This document shows positions 9,272 through 19,871 of a stretch of DNA of 64,000 nucleotides, piece by piece. Position 1 is the stretch's first letter. The number at the start of each line of letters is the position of its first letter. Made by a program: the position numbers and the translations under genes. The notes beneath the pieces were generated by a model, which was given only the letters and a program-made list of their open reading frames with translations, was not told where the DNA came from and did not search any database. The stretch is from a virus: positions 32,001 to 96,000 of the IMG/VR virus record IMGVR_UViG_3300036828_000667, one strand, 5' to 3'.

Positions 9272-10384
9272 TCATGGCGTCGAATAGGTCCAGGTGTTGA
9301 TCAGCAACGGCGAAATCCCAGAGATGCCGGTCGCCGCTACAATACCGACCCAAGCCATGGAACCGCCAACGGCCGTTGGAATATCGATACCGGTCCAGGT
9401 ATGCGTGTAACAAGTCTCTCCGGGACAGACACCGTCGGCCGTTACATCATACATGCTGAGCGTCAGCTTGCTACCATCGTAAACGGTCGTCGCCGAGTAG
9501 ACATGCCCAGTCGTGGTGTTTTGCTTATTGCTTGGCGAATTAAGGGCCACTGGACTTGTAGAAAGCTTGTCGACACCGACATAATGATAGTTGGTGCCAC
9601 CCTCACCAGGAATACACGGCGACTGTCCCGGTGCGACATTGCCGGGCGGTTGGGTGTCGGTGCGATAAATCTGCACCGACGAATAAACGAAATCCCAGGA
9701 ACTTGCGACCAGTGGGCTGTAACTATCAAGCTCAAGAGCAAATACACGATCCGGCGGCTCCGGCTGGCTCCAGCCCTGGAAAAATCCAGCCTCGCAACCT
9801 GCACCACCCGAAAAGTGCTTGCCGTTGAAACCCGCAGGATTGTTGGTCGAATTTTGCACGACGAACGCCACATTCTGGCCGTTCGGCACAAAAGTAAACG
9901 TAGATTTGAAGGCTCTCGCGTCTACCTGCGTTTGATAGATCAGACTGGCCCCAATATGCGATAGATTGGCAGGGATCAAATTAACCTGATTGCCCGACAA
10001 TCCCATGCCGTTGGAACCGCTTGCCCAGAATTTCTGCTCGCCACCGGCACTGGGAAATTGCACCCCGCACGAGCCGGACGAAGAGAAGCCAGCCGAGCAG
10101 TCGAATGCAACGACACCCGTGGGTGGCTCGATTGGTTCGATCGGCGGCCGTTCCGGTCGGACACACGGTACTGCTGCAACGTCTACCATGCACAACTGGA
10201 GCTTCTTACCGCCGACTGCAGCATCGGAAGGACACGGCACGGCCGTACCGCCGGTAATGCAAATATTGATGGTCTGGGCATGTGCTGGCCACAACCAAAG
10301 CATTCCGCATATCGCTAACAAGACAACAAAGATGAAAAAGCTCAAAAGACGTTTTTCTTTCTGCAGATTCATGGCAATCCCCAT
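9272..10384 (-). CDS. L-type (legume/ConA-like) lectin-domain exported protein
   Basis: N-terminal TM/signal; 'FKSTFTF...AFVVQN', 'VFALELDSY', 'YDGSKLTL', 'DIPTAVGGSMAWVG..AATG' L-lectin motifs; visibly GC-richer than its flanks. Confidence 0.7.
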   Translation of the reverse strand: MGIAMNLQKEKRLLSFFIFVVLLAICGMLWLWPAHAQTINICITGGTAVPCPSDAAVGGKKLQLCMVDVAAVPCVRPERPPIEPIEPPTGVVAFDCSAGFSSSGSCGVQFPSAGGEQKFWASGSNGMGLSGNQVNLIPANLSHIGASLIYQTQVDARAFKSTFTFVPNGQNVAFVVQNSTNNPAGFNGKHFSGGAGCEAGFFQGWSQPEPPDRVFALELDSYSPLVASSWDFVYSSVQIYRTDTQPPGNVAPGQSPCIPGEGGTNYHYVGVDKLSTSPVALNSPSNKQNTTTGHVYSATTVYDGSKLTLSMYDVTADGVCPGETCYTHTWTGIDIPTAVGGSMAWVGIVAATGISGISPLLINTWTYSTP

Positions 10385-10396
10385 TCGATTCCTTCA

Positions 10397-10430
10397 ACCA
10401 GTGCACAGCGCAGCATACCGCACTTTTTAT
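10397..10430 (+). ncRNA. Partial pentamer-code unit (3' end only)
   Basis: ACCAG TGCAC AGCGC AGCAT ACCGC ACTTT TTAT; same downstream 'CTTTTTATATCAC' as the 7315 unit. Confidence 0.55.
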
Positions 10431-10461
10431 ATCACCTAGAGAACACTACTATCATTCAGAA

Positions 10462-10659
10462 CTATCCAACAACCCACGCCGTACCATTGAAAAACACAGG
10501 CACAACCACGGCACCTCCACCAGTAAGAACCGCACCAAATGCTGGTGTTGTGGCATCCGTCACGAAGGCTCGATCACCGGGTTGGAGATTGGTAGTCGGT
10601 ATAGCCTGCAACGCCGCAACCGTATACCGCTTTTCACCGCCAAGGATGTTGGTCGCCAT
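10462..10659 (-). CDS. Small tail-fibre C-terminal-like module
   Basis: 'YTVAAL...RAFVTDATTP.FGA..TGGGAVVVPVFFNGTAWVVG', similar to the C-termini of 213-1670 and 3015-3308. Confidence 0.6.
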   Translation of the reverse strand: MATNILGGEKRYTVAALQAIPTTNLQPGDRAFVTDATTPAFGAVLTGGGAVVVPVFFNGTAWVVG

Positions 10660-10711
10660 GGAGAACTCCTTTCATTTGACCTTTGAAGACTACTGTTTAA
10701 CTCTTTTTCTT

Positions 10712-11245
10712 TTATTCAAACCTAGCAAAGGAACCAGCTATACGATCAGCAGCTTCAGCATATGCCTTAGCCGCATCCTCAGGCTTATCGAAACAACCCA
10801 AGTGAATTGTTTTACCTGCGTGTCCAATACAAGCTCTCCATTTATCCTTATGACGCCAGACACCCTTAAAACCACTTGTGTTATTCTTCTGCTTTGAACG
10901 ATTATACTTATTCTGTATATCGGTTGCTGAACGGAGATTGTCCCATATATTATTAGCCCTATTTAAATCCTTATGATCAATCTCATCTTCTGGCCAGCTT
11001 CCTGTCATCCAAAGCCATATAATACGATGCACACGATAACTCTGTCCACAAATCTCAACTTGTATATACCCATCGCTGCAAAGACCACCTGCCTTGTCTC
11101 CAGCCATAGCATTACTTGATCGTCCAACTTTCCATGTAAGACAACCAGTCATTGGATCATAGTCAAATAATTGTCTGACTAACTCAAATGTCATACTTTC
11201 TTCAGGCATCTCCACGTCGTTAATAATACAGGAAAGCTCAGTCAT
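10712..11245 (-). CDS. HNH-AP2 homing endonuclease
   Basis: 'VHRIIW...IDHKDLNRANN..NLR' plus AP2 'SGFKGV...LGCFDKPEDAAKAY'; start taken at the internal Met 11245 (uncertain). Confidence 0.88.
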   Translation of the reverse strand: MTELSCIINDVEMPEESMTFELVRQLFDYDPMTGCLTWKVGRSSNAMAGDKAGGLCSDGYIQVEICGQSYRVHRIIWLWMTGSWPEDEIDHKDLNRANNIWDNLRSATDIQNKYNRSKQKNNTSGFKGVWRHKDKWRACIGHAGKTIHLGCFDKPEDAAKAYAEAADRIAGSFARFE

Positions 11246-13203
11246 GGTTCCAAACTTCCTAGTTTTACTATATAGTCTTATAACCCATGTTTTTAGATAG
11301 GTAAGCGTAGCTGACCTGTCATCAAAGCTGACCTGGACCCCGGCAGACCCCATCTGGCACCCTCCCGGAGCCCTCAGACTGGACAAAGACTATAAAATAA
11401 AGTTACTTTACAACAGACAGCAAGATAGAAATCTCAACCAGAGTTTCTGATTGAGATCCCTCACATCAACTTTCTCACAGTCTCTGCAAGTTTCTCTCGT
11501 GGTACCGAAGCCAACTGCCGGAATATATCATCGACAGGAACCTTCTTCGCCATGGCAATCTCGTTGGAAATTTCGCTGATATGGGCCAAATATTCATAAT
11601 GCGACATCGTAGTAGTCTCCCTTAGTGTAAGGCCATGCATGGTCGATAGGAAACCCAGGAAGGTCTCCCTTGTTGCCAACTTCATGGTCCGTACGAGGTA
11701 GCTCACCCACGGTCTCCATTCACGACCTTTTACAAAAAAGGTCTTTGCAGTGGTCAATCGATCAATCGAGCCACTGGCTATTCTCTTTGCTGTCCCACGT
11801 CGTTCTTTTCTTTGTCTGTCTGTCACTCTACTTATCGATTGGCAAGACGCCAAACCTGAGTCTTGTAGGCAAACCGGTCAACACTCATGACCCTTCAAAG
11901 GCGTGAACCTTCTCTTTAGGTCCCACCTTCAGGTCCTCCCTAGGTCCGGCCTAGATCCCTCCTTACAACACATTGCACATCTCCGACAACCATGAAAACA
12001 ACAAAAAGTTTCAATTTTCCTCGACAGCCTCTCGGATGGCAAACTGTAGAGCTTCGATCGTAGGAATGATCTCCATTAGCTCCTCCAGGTTTGTATCAAC
12101 CAAGTCTTCATGCTGTCCGTCTTCAATCAATCTATAAGAAGTAGTCAAGGTACGTCTGAAAGAAGCGAACCTCTTGCATGTCTCAATATGGTTTTCAGCC
12201 AGTTCTATAGTTAGTTGTTTCATGTAGTAGGTTTTCCTGTTGTGCTAGTTTAACTGAGATAAGGGCGGTAGGTCCCCTCGATCCCTCCCCAGCCCAGCCC
12301 CTCCCGGCATTGTCAAGCCTGTACTGTGTATAACATGTGAAATTTGGCATTTGCAAGGCTTTGGGAACCATGCTACGGTATGTACCTGAAAATCGAGGTC
12401 AGACTTCCTCTGAGAAGCCTGAGTTATTACTATTGCCAAAGACCATAAGTCAAAACTACTACCAATTAACTATAGGAGATTTGCCGGTACAATTGTCCCA
12501 CCAAATCCGAATACAACTCAGAGGTGTAATTGCTTGTAATTGCTATCCTAGCCTGGGAGAGCGGTAGGGAGCCCTGTGGTTAATCCGACTCGCACCCCTA
12601 CCCTTGTCAGGCTGGTCACTGAAATCATCACCAGCGGCCTTCCCTGGAGCTTGACGGAGGGATCGAAATGAAACCGATGTGGTGTAGCTACTGCGGCTCT
12701 AAGAACCATACCTATCGGCTATGCCCATTATAGCATGTCCAAAGACCCATATCAGTACTGCTAACCGTGATCCAGACCATTATGTGAAGGATAAATCCTA
12801 ATGAACCATATGAGAAACTTTAGCACCGTTATCGATAATGGAAAAGTCCTATACATCTGGGGTAGTTCCAGGATAGTAGGATGGCTTCTGACCAACATCA
12901 TCGTAGCAATAATAGCATGGTTTGGAGTAGCTTGGATTACATAAGACAGCTGCGAAGGGGGAGGGGGTTATGGCTTATCAGTCCATCGAAAAGTGCATTC
13001 TAGACTGTTCTGATTTAGTCAAAAGAGGCATCACGATCCACCAGAAGTGGACGTGTCACGAGCCCTAATACAATTCACTACTCAGGACGATGTGAAAAGT
13101 GTAAGAAAGCGAGTCGTATCAAGGAATGCGGCTATATAACAAGTCGAACTCTGGTAGCTGATATATCCTTGGAAAAGATCAGAATTAAAGTTATCAAATA
13201 AAG

Positions 13204-13467
13204 ATGGACCGGGGAATGAAGATGGCGATGGCGAATAAAGAAGATGATGAAGAAATCAGATATGTCATCGAGCCACACAATGTCAGACCTAAACAGAAAG
13301 TCGTTACGGTCTATTGTGGTAACGAACTGATATGTTCGTTCTATATGCACTCATATGAGAATAGACAGTTCTGTGTATTTATGTCAAAGTATCTAGGCGA
13401 GGTTTACACTGATCTAAAGAATCCAATGGCACCAGGGCTTATCATTGAACTTTCCCAAAAGAAATGA
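13204..13467 (+). CDS. Hypothetical protein
   Basis: ORF in plus-strand cluster. Confidence 0.45.
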   Translation: MDRGMKMAMANKEDDEEIRYVIEPHNVRPKQKVVTVYCGNELICSFYMHSYENRQFCVFMSKYLGEVYTDLKNPMAPGLIIELSQKK

Positions 13468-13493
13468 CACTCAGATTCGAAAGGTCAATAGAT

Positions 13494-13633
13494 AAAGTAT
13501 GGTGTGGTATGCTGCGGTGTGGTTCGAGGGGCCGCGGGCTGGTTTGGTTAGGGTTGCAGAACACAGTATGAACTAAAGTATGGTGCGGTATGCTGAGGAT
13601 TGCGATGGTCTGCGCTGGGTCGCTGTGCTAGGC
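13494..13633 (-). ncRNA. Two tandem pentamer-code units (13494-13557, 13575-13633)
   Basis: + strand AAAGTATGGTGTGGT... and AAAGTATGGTGCGGT... (reverse complement ends ACCRC ACCAT ACTTT); minus-strand promoter TTGACT(13668-63)-N17-TATGGC(13645-40). Confidence 0.75.
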
Positions 13634-14367
13634 AGACAAGCCATACCAAACGGTGGATTCGGAGTCAAGGGAGAATGACGATGATAATAGAGCTTCCTGT
13701 CACGATCGTTTGGGACTGGGAAGGCAACCGTTCCCTCGGTAAACATCGCAGGCTACGTCGGACATTCACAGTACGCATGAGCACCCAGGATGATGCTGGA
13801 CCACTAACTTATTGCACCGAATACCCACCTAGAGAGAATTCAAGATGGCAAGTCGACCATGGTGTACTATCGACATTGCTAAGCAATGAAGCTAATAGTG
13901 AAATATGCATGCGTGCGGTAGATGATCCAGAAGGCTATGAACCACAGTATCTAAAGGAGTAGTCAATGGGAACACGTAAGTCACCTAGTCGATTTGATGT
14001 GGATCTGTCAAAGTTGGACGAGGACGAACCTTTTTTTATACTCAGGGGCAATGACGAGTTGGCCGCAGAACTCGTTAGGGATGAATCACGATAAAGTTCT
14101 CGCGGCCTATCAATGTGCCGAAGACATGAGGAGGTGGAACAAGAGAAAGACACCAGACTAAACCTATTAATTTTTGGAGGGGAGAATGATTACTAGGAAA
14201 GAAGTGATTAAAAGACTACAGGATCAATTACAGTGGAGGTCCCACACCGGGAGATTGATGGGGCAAGTAATGGTACCAAGAGAGCATGCTGAGTTTATAA
14301 TAGAAAACTTGATCCATCTGACAGAGCTACATCCCAACGAGAAAACATTCTAAAATGGAGAGAACCA

Positions 14368-14877
14368 ATGCAAGCTACCTTCCACCAGTTCATCGATAAA
14401 ATCAGAGTCGAAACACTCCGAACGTTCAACGAAAATGGAAGTATACACCCAACATGGTTTTTACAAGAAGAGGATGGCCAGATCCTACTTGTGGCCACAC
14501 CATATACAGATGATCTGACAAAAGACATGGTAGACTTCGCCATTAGAGAAGCCATCAGAATTAAGCATATCCAACGCTACGCGTATATTTCAGAAGTTTG
14601 GATGGCATTTCAAAAAGATTTGACTTCACTAGAAGACTACAAGGGACTAAGACCAAGCCAAAGACCTGATCGGAAAGAAGCATTGATGTTTATAGCAGAA
14701 GACATTTCAGGAGACTATATAATGTCGTACTCTGATATCTACAGAGACTCCAAAACTGACCTTGCTATGATTGCTGAGATCAAGATAGACGGAAAAGAGG
14801 TAGACCCAGATACTCTTAAAGGACGTTTTGTAAAAATGTTCAAAGGAAGGAAGAAGCCCTCAGGCTCGCCACACTAG
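14368..14877 (+). CDS. Conserved phage hypothetical protein
   Basis: 'YAYISEVWM...RPSQRPDRKEALMF.AE' motif; GGAG RBS. Confidence 0.6.
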   Translation: MQATFHQFIDKIRVETLRTFNENGSIHPTWFLQEEDGQILLVATPYTDDLTKDMVDFAIREAIRIKHIQRYAYISEVWMAFQKDLTSLEDYKGLRPSQRPDRKEALMFIAEDISGDYIMSYSDIYRDSKTDLAMIAEIKIDGKEVDPDTLKGRFVKMFKGRKKPSGSPH

Positions 14878-15183
14878 CTAGATCAGCGCTAGAAGGTTAC
14901 TGCCGAGAGCTATAGTGAAAAGGCTTCACCTAATCTTCGTCCTCACAGGTTTCAGGAGTACATAGGTAGCACTCTGTCCGTCGGTGGTGAATAAACCAGC
15001 ACCTTCCGCAGTACCACTTACCGTCGTCCCCCTTCATGGGTTGAGGCTTCTCGCAGTCCCGCGGACAGTGGTAGTGATCAGCTTTCATACTCACCGCTCC
15101 GCAGAGTTCGTCTTTGACCATAATTTAGGACAGCTTTCTCCGAAGAGGACCATCCTTCCTTACCCCATATCTCCATTAAGTAC

Positions 15184-15391
15184 AAAAGTATGGTGCGGTG
15201 TGCAGCGGTTAGGCATGGGATGGGCGGGCTGGCGACGGCGAGGCACGGGTTGCATTGGTGTGGGTTGGTAGGATAGAGGACAAAGGACCAGAAGATTAGA
15301 TATCCTCTGATCCTTTGAACAGATGTGCGGTTTGGTATGCTGTGGGCCGGCACGGCTGGGGGTGGCGCGGGAAGGCTTGGCATGGCTTGCA
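15184..15391 (-). ncRNA. Two tandem pentamer-code units (15321-15391, 15184-15273) separated by a hairpin (15281-15317)
   Basis: NN-GGN/GCN periodicity on + strand; promoter TTGACT(15426-21)-N17-TAGTCT(15403-15398) on minus strand; 16-bp stem with two G.U pairs on minus strand. Confidence 0.78.
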
Positions 15392-15433
15392 CCAAAAAGA
15401 CTACTACCAAACTTACCGCTAGTCAACCACTAT

Positions 15434-15847
15434 TTACCTGATACGCTGCACTAAGCAACCTTCCGATTTTGCCTGCCACGTCCCACACCACTGGCCAGCT
15501 TCAACAGGTCGCAAGATCCACTTTCGTGAATATTCCCAGATCGGAACGACCTTTTTTTCCATGACCTTCTGGCCGTTCTCGTCTAAGACGAGTTTGTTCT
15601 TTTCACCCCGCTTAGACCGTGAGATTTCCTGTGTCCCGACTTGCGTGGCAAATTTCATTTTGACCGCGGACACAGCTGAACCCAAAGTTTTCATGGGATC
15701 GGGCATCTTCTCGGTCTTAGCTGCGAAGAAGCTCTGTCCGACGCCCAATTTATCAAGAGGATATTTGGCGACCCCATTACGGTTACCACGTTTCGACTTC
15801 GGCATTTCCACCGCGTCGATGATTTCAAACGTCACTTGCTCTTCCAT
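15434..15847 (-). CDS. Small basic putative DNA-binding protein
   Basis: 'KYPLDKLGVGQSFF' motif common in small phage proteins; Lys-rich. Confidence 0.5.
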   Translation of the reverse strand: MEEQVTFEIIDAVEMPKSKRGNRNGVAKYPLDKLGVGQSFFAAKTEKMPDPMKTLGSAVSAVKMKFATQVGTQEISRSKRGEKNKLVLDENGQKVMEKKVVPIWEYSRKWILRPVEAGQWCGTWQAKSEGCLVQRIR

Positions 15848-16227
15848 TCTGTTCTCCGTCTTTTGTGAGACGGCTCTTGACCGTCCTCTGTCACCATTTT
15901 ATCTCGTCACGATCCCATTGGGACCGATTACACTCTACAAAAATAGGGTGCTCCATAGCCCTTGTCAATAGCCTAGACACTACAGGCCATTGGCTACAAA
16001 GTGCCTTGGCAGGCGTGATCTAGGCCTACTCATATCTTAAAAGCCACTAGACCAGAACATTTTAATTCCACTGGGGAGAGCCGCATTGGCCTTTTTTCCG
16101 ATGGCCCAGGCCAAGGCTCCCATGCTGCACTGCACAAAACGATTTCGAATCAACCTGCCGTCTTGACCCCCGGACCACACGGTCTACACTACCCCAAGTC
16201 GTTCCCTCTCGCAGATCGGTTGAAAAA

Positions 16228-16479
16228 ATGACGAACAACCGGAATGACTTCGTTGACCGTGTCATGCGCATGACTTGTGGTGAAATAGAGGACTATGCCA
16301 GCCAACATAACATGACTCTAGAAAGTTTCTTGGATATGGTTTGCGACTGTATAGTAGACATGATGGACCAAGAGGTTTCAGAGCTAGCTGATAAATACGG
16401 TATTGACTCCACTAAAATGGCAGATAGCATCAAAAATATCATAGAAAAGTACCTAGCTCATAGCAGCACTAAACACTAG
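16228..16479 (+). CDS. Hypothetical protein
   Basis: 83-aa ORF. Confidence 0.4.
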   Translation: MTNNRNDFVDRVMRMTCGEIEDYASQHNMTLESFLDMVCDCIVDMMDQEVSELADKYGIDSTKMADSIKNIIEKYLAHSSTKH

Positions 16480-16622
16480 TCCACCTCGACCGGTTTCACA
16501 TTTCTTAACAATGTCGAGTTCCATACACAAAACAGTTGATTGTAACAAGGGGCAAGTCTAAGATCAGAAAACTGCCTGTACAGTATAAAATCTGAATCAC
16601 CTAAATAAAGAGGGCCACAAAG

Positions 16623-17387
16623 ATGTCGGACCTTGCCCCAAAGCCAGCCGTTTATCCTCAACGAGAACCCATGGAAGACGAAATATCGGGGATTGGACTT
16701 ATCCTCGATGAAGCGATTACTTTCAAGAAGGTCCAGGATGACTTGGTAAGACTTCTGTCATCAGAATGCCCAGACGCAGGCATCTGTGCTATTCTGGACA
16801 TTTCCCAGGAACTTCTCGACAAGTTCAAGGTCAAGGTCAAAAGGAAGATCCGAAAGGTCAACGTCGACTTGGGGCTCTCCGTTAGCTCCGAGAGCAACGA
16901 AAGATCATTCTGGGAATTCGTAAAAGAGACAACTGGGGATATAGACTTACTGGGATGGCCCAGCTACTATAGTTGTATGGGCTGTGTAAGGAAAGAAGCG
17001 AACTCGATAGTCCACTCAGTAGACAAATCATTCCATCGGACCAGGGAAAGCCATGCTGGTGGAAGAGGCATCTTTTTCCAACACCCAGACCTGATCACTC
17101 TGTTAAGACTGAACTTCAGAAGAAAATACCATAGCGATATAGTCAAGTATGTAATAGACAATCAACTGAACGTATTCAAGATAACATGTAAGGAAGTTGA
17201 TAGAACCACCTTATTACCACCAGATCGGGTAAAAGGTGAACCTGTATTGATCAGAAGGATTAGGTTTATTCAGGTACAGGTTTTAGAAAACCTTTTCAGT
17301 GTTATAGTCGAAGCTCGTATGCATGCCAACCAAGTCGAACGGGATAGGCTATTGGAGATCACACCTGAAAACGTGTTTATCCTATAG
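16623..17387 (+). CDS. Hypothetical protein
   Basis: 254-aa ORF. Confidence 0.55.
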   Translation: MSDLAPKPAVYPQREPMEDEISGIGLILDEAITFKKVQDDLVRLLSSECPDAGICAILDISQELLDKFKVKVKRKIRKVNVDLGLSVSSESNERSFWEFVKETTGDIDLLGWPSYYSCMGCVRKEANSIVHSVDKSFHRTRESHAGGRGIFFQHPDLITLLRLNFRRKYHSDIVKYVIDNQLNVFKITCKEVDRTTLLPPDRVKGEPVLIRRIRFIQVQVLENLFSVIVEARMHANQVERDRLLEITPENVFIL

Positions 17388-17433
17388 TTTATGCCGACTG
17401 ATATCCCTAAAGGATTGATGTCGGTTCGGAAGG

Positions 17434-17805
17434 TTGGACTTGCGCCTAGGATGGAGAATACCCAGGAGGATTGGCAAGATCCTTGGTTACCTGGAAGGGT
17501 TCAAATCCCTACATCCCTTGCCCTTAAGAAAGTTCAACCTTCCACCAAAAATAGGGGAAAGACCTTTGAAGAAAGAAAAGAAGGAGAAGGAGAACAAGGC
17601 ATATACTATAGCCGACGAACTATCCAATTGGCTAACTAAAAACAAAGTAGATATAGGTGATGCTATCGATGCCATGGCTAGGTTAATAGGATTGGCTGTA
17701 GGTGTCAGCGTAGACTATGAGGAAATAGAAACCATACTACAGAATATCTACAAGGAAAGTCTCAAAGCGGCGTACTTTTCGTATAAAAAGAATCAAGCTA
17801 ACTAG
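17434..17805 (+). CDS. Hypothetical protein
   Basis: 123-aa ORF followed by a hairpin. Confidence 0.45.
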   Translation: MDLRLGWRIPRRIGKILGYLEGFKSLHPLPLRKFNLPPKIGERPLKKEKKEKENKAYTIADELSNWLTKNKVDIGDAIDAMARLIGLAVGVSVDYEEIETILQNIYKESLKAAYFSYKKNQAN

Positions 17806-17848
17806 ACCAGTATAACAATGGGAGGCTACAATGAAAAAAAGTGTAAGT

Positions 17849-17877
17849 GGGGCTGGTGACTTACCACCAGCCCCTTT
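17849..17877. terminator. Intrinsic terminator-like hairpin (possibly bidirectional)
   Basis: GGGGCTGGTG-ACTTAC-CACCAGCCCC-TTT. Confidence 0.6.
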
Positions 17878-17907
17878 GGACTACGCTGTCTCTTATTCTC
17901 AGGGACT

Positions 17908-17974
17908 AAATTGTGCGGTTTGGCCTGCAGCGGAGCGGATAGGCTAGGTTCGGATAGGCAAGGAAAGGCGTGGT
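17908..17974 (-). ncRNA. Pentamer-code unit, stand-alone
   Basis: + strand TTGTGCGGTTTGGCCTGCAGCGGAGCGGATAGGCTAGGTTCGGATAGGCAAGGAAAGGCGTGGT; promoter TTGACA(18016-11)-N17-TAAGGG on minus strand. Confidence 0.75.
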
Positions 17975-18027
17975 ATGAACAATCACTCCCTTAGCCTAGC
18001 TCACAAAAGCTGTCAAGGTTCTTTTCG

Positions 18028-18552
18028 ATGTACTTACCACCTTGGGTGAAGGTCGACATGATTGCACTGAAAAATAGAAAACGGTTATCACAGTTGGTCA
18101 GGATGCTAAGTTCTGGCCATCAAGGTGAAGCAATGGCAGCCAGAGACGCTGTTCAAAAAATCTGTTCTTTTAACGATCTAGCAGATTTGATCGAGAGTGG
18201 TAGTGATTTTAAAAAAGCAGAATTGCAGTTCGTGTACGACTCAGGACATGAGGATGGATTCAAAAAAGGTTTTGAAAAAGGGCTTCAAGAAGGAAAACTC
18301 GGTAGTAATAGCTCACGTCCTCCTCCCAGTTCTCATAAGAAGGGCGACATTTTCTTCGACATTGGCGATAAACCTGACATAATTAAAGAAAAGATACAAT
18401 TTTGTCAAAAGCATAAAGATAGACTCAGAAAAGATAGGGAAAAAGAATTCATCGCCAATATAGTTAATTGGACCACGGTTTTAAATAGACCTCTAACTCC
18501 AGGTCAAGAGAACTGGCTAAACGATATATACGCCAGACTAGGGGGTAAATAA
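18028..18552 (+). CDS. Hypothetical phage protein
   Basis: 'LVRMLSS.HQGEA.AA' N-terminus and 'EKEFI......LTPGQENWLNDIY' C-terminus. Confidence 0.55.
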   Translation: MYLPPWVKVDMIALKNRKRLSQLVRMLSSGHQGEAMAARDAVQKICSFNDLADLIESGSDFKKAELQFVYDSGHEDGFKKGFEKGLQEGKLGSNSSRPPPSSHKKGDIFFDIGDKPDIIKEKIQFCQKHKDRLRKDREKEFIANIVNWTTVLNRPLTPGQENWLNDIYARLGGK

Positions 18553-18735
18553 TATGAAAACAATTACTACAAATGACGCACTTGATCTCACTCGTAAAAG
18601 AGCCTACGAGCTAATAGAAGAACACACACTTTCAATACCTTACAGTGAGCTTATACCCACAGAACAACTAGTAAGTCGTGTACTCATGGAACTAGTAGCT
18701 AAGTACTTAAAACAGGAACTGGGGAGGACTCCTAA

Positions 18736-19068
18736 ATGAAGCTAGAGAAAGTCATATCAGAAGCCGTCGAGAACATCCTTACCAATAACTTCGAAATTAT
18801 TGATAAGCAAATAGTCAGACTTGTAGAGAACGAAGTGATGAAGGCCCTAGAACAACTTCTTAAGGATAGGATAAGAACTAAGGTAATAGAGATCATCGAA
18901 GAACATAGCCAAAGGATCATTGAGAGGTCCCAAGAAATACTTCTAGTATACGAAGGTGGGGATTCTGATCTCAAAGAGGTAAATAACGTAGCCGAAAAAC
19001 ATCTAGACCAAGTTGAGGCTGATATGAGAAATAAAGTACAAAGAAAAAAGGGAACTACAGAGGAGTGA
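18736..19068 (+). CDS. Hypothetical coiled-coil protein
   Basis: GGAGG RBS; helical composition. Confidence 0.5.
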   Translation: MKLEKVISEAVENILTNNFEIIDKQIVRLVENEVMKALEQLLKDRIRTKVIEIIEEHSQRIIERSQEILLVYEGGDSDLKEVNNVAEKHLDQVEADMRNKVQRKKGTTEE

Positions 19069-19397
19069 CCCATGCCTATGGGACCTGACGACCATCTGGT
19101 TGAAACAATCAAGAACGTCCTCTGGAAAGATGAAGAATTACTGGATAGGGCTATTCATAAGATAATAGAAAAGAGAATACATTTCATACTAGAACAGCAC
19201 ATAAACAATGGTTTGTCATCTAGACATATTTCAGAAGTTCTAGATGAATACATAACTTACCATATCAAAAGAATTCTCAGTTCGACTTTGGAACTGGAGG
19301 GAAAGGAGTAGTGGTTCACGATTTGGTCTTTTTGCCATTATTTAAACAGTAGGGAGGTCTAGATGTTGGCCGGCCCCTTTGGTAGAGTAGAGGCGAT

Positions 19398-19871
19398 ATG
19401 ACTATTTACACTATCTACCATGTTCCTAATATAAAAGTAGGAGCAACCGATAATTTAAAAACTAGAATGGCTAGATACAAGTCTAGATACAAGGAGGTTG
19501 AGATAGAAATACTCTTGAAAATGAGATTCGAACAAGTACCAGAATATGCAAGATGGTATATAGTAGGAACTTATGAATGGATATTTGCTGATATGTATGG
19601 ATACCCTAGAGGTTTTCATTACTATATCAGCAGATATAGTAATAGAGTAAAACAAAGTCCATATAGCACTTTAGAACAAATTAAGTCTAATTACGGGAAA
19701 CAACATGCAAATGATTACTTTAATCAAATTACTGTAACAAACGAAACACTATGGAAATTCCTATCGTTGCTTTTAAATCAACAAAGTTACATAGAGAGAC
19801 TTGTCAAAGAGATATTCCCAAATTCTTCTCCTCAATCCTTTCCTCTGGCACTCTTTCTCTTCACCAGCTAG
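19398..19871 (+). CDS. Possible GIY-YIG-like nuclease
   Basis: 'YTIYH...KVGAT.NLKTRM' resembles the GIY-YIG N-terminus. Confidence 0.35.
   Translation: MTIYTIYHVPNIKVGATDNLKTRMARYKSRYKEVEIEILLKMRFEQVPEYARWYIVGTYEWIFADMYGYPRGFHYYISRYSNRVKQSPYSTLEQIKSNYGKQHANDYFNQITVTNETLWKFLSLLLNQQSYIERLVKEIFPNSSPQSFPLALFLFTS

Noticed and set aside
9245-10439. Multiple overlapping ORFs on both strands
   Set aside because: They are shadow frames of the GC-rich lectin gene.
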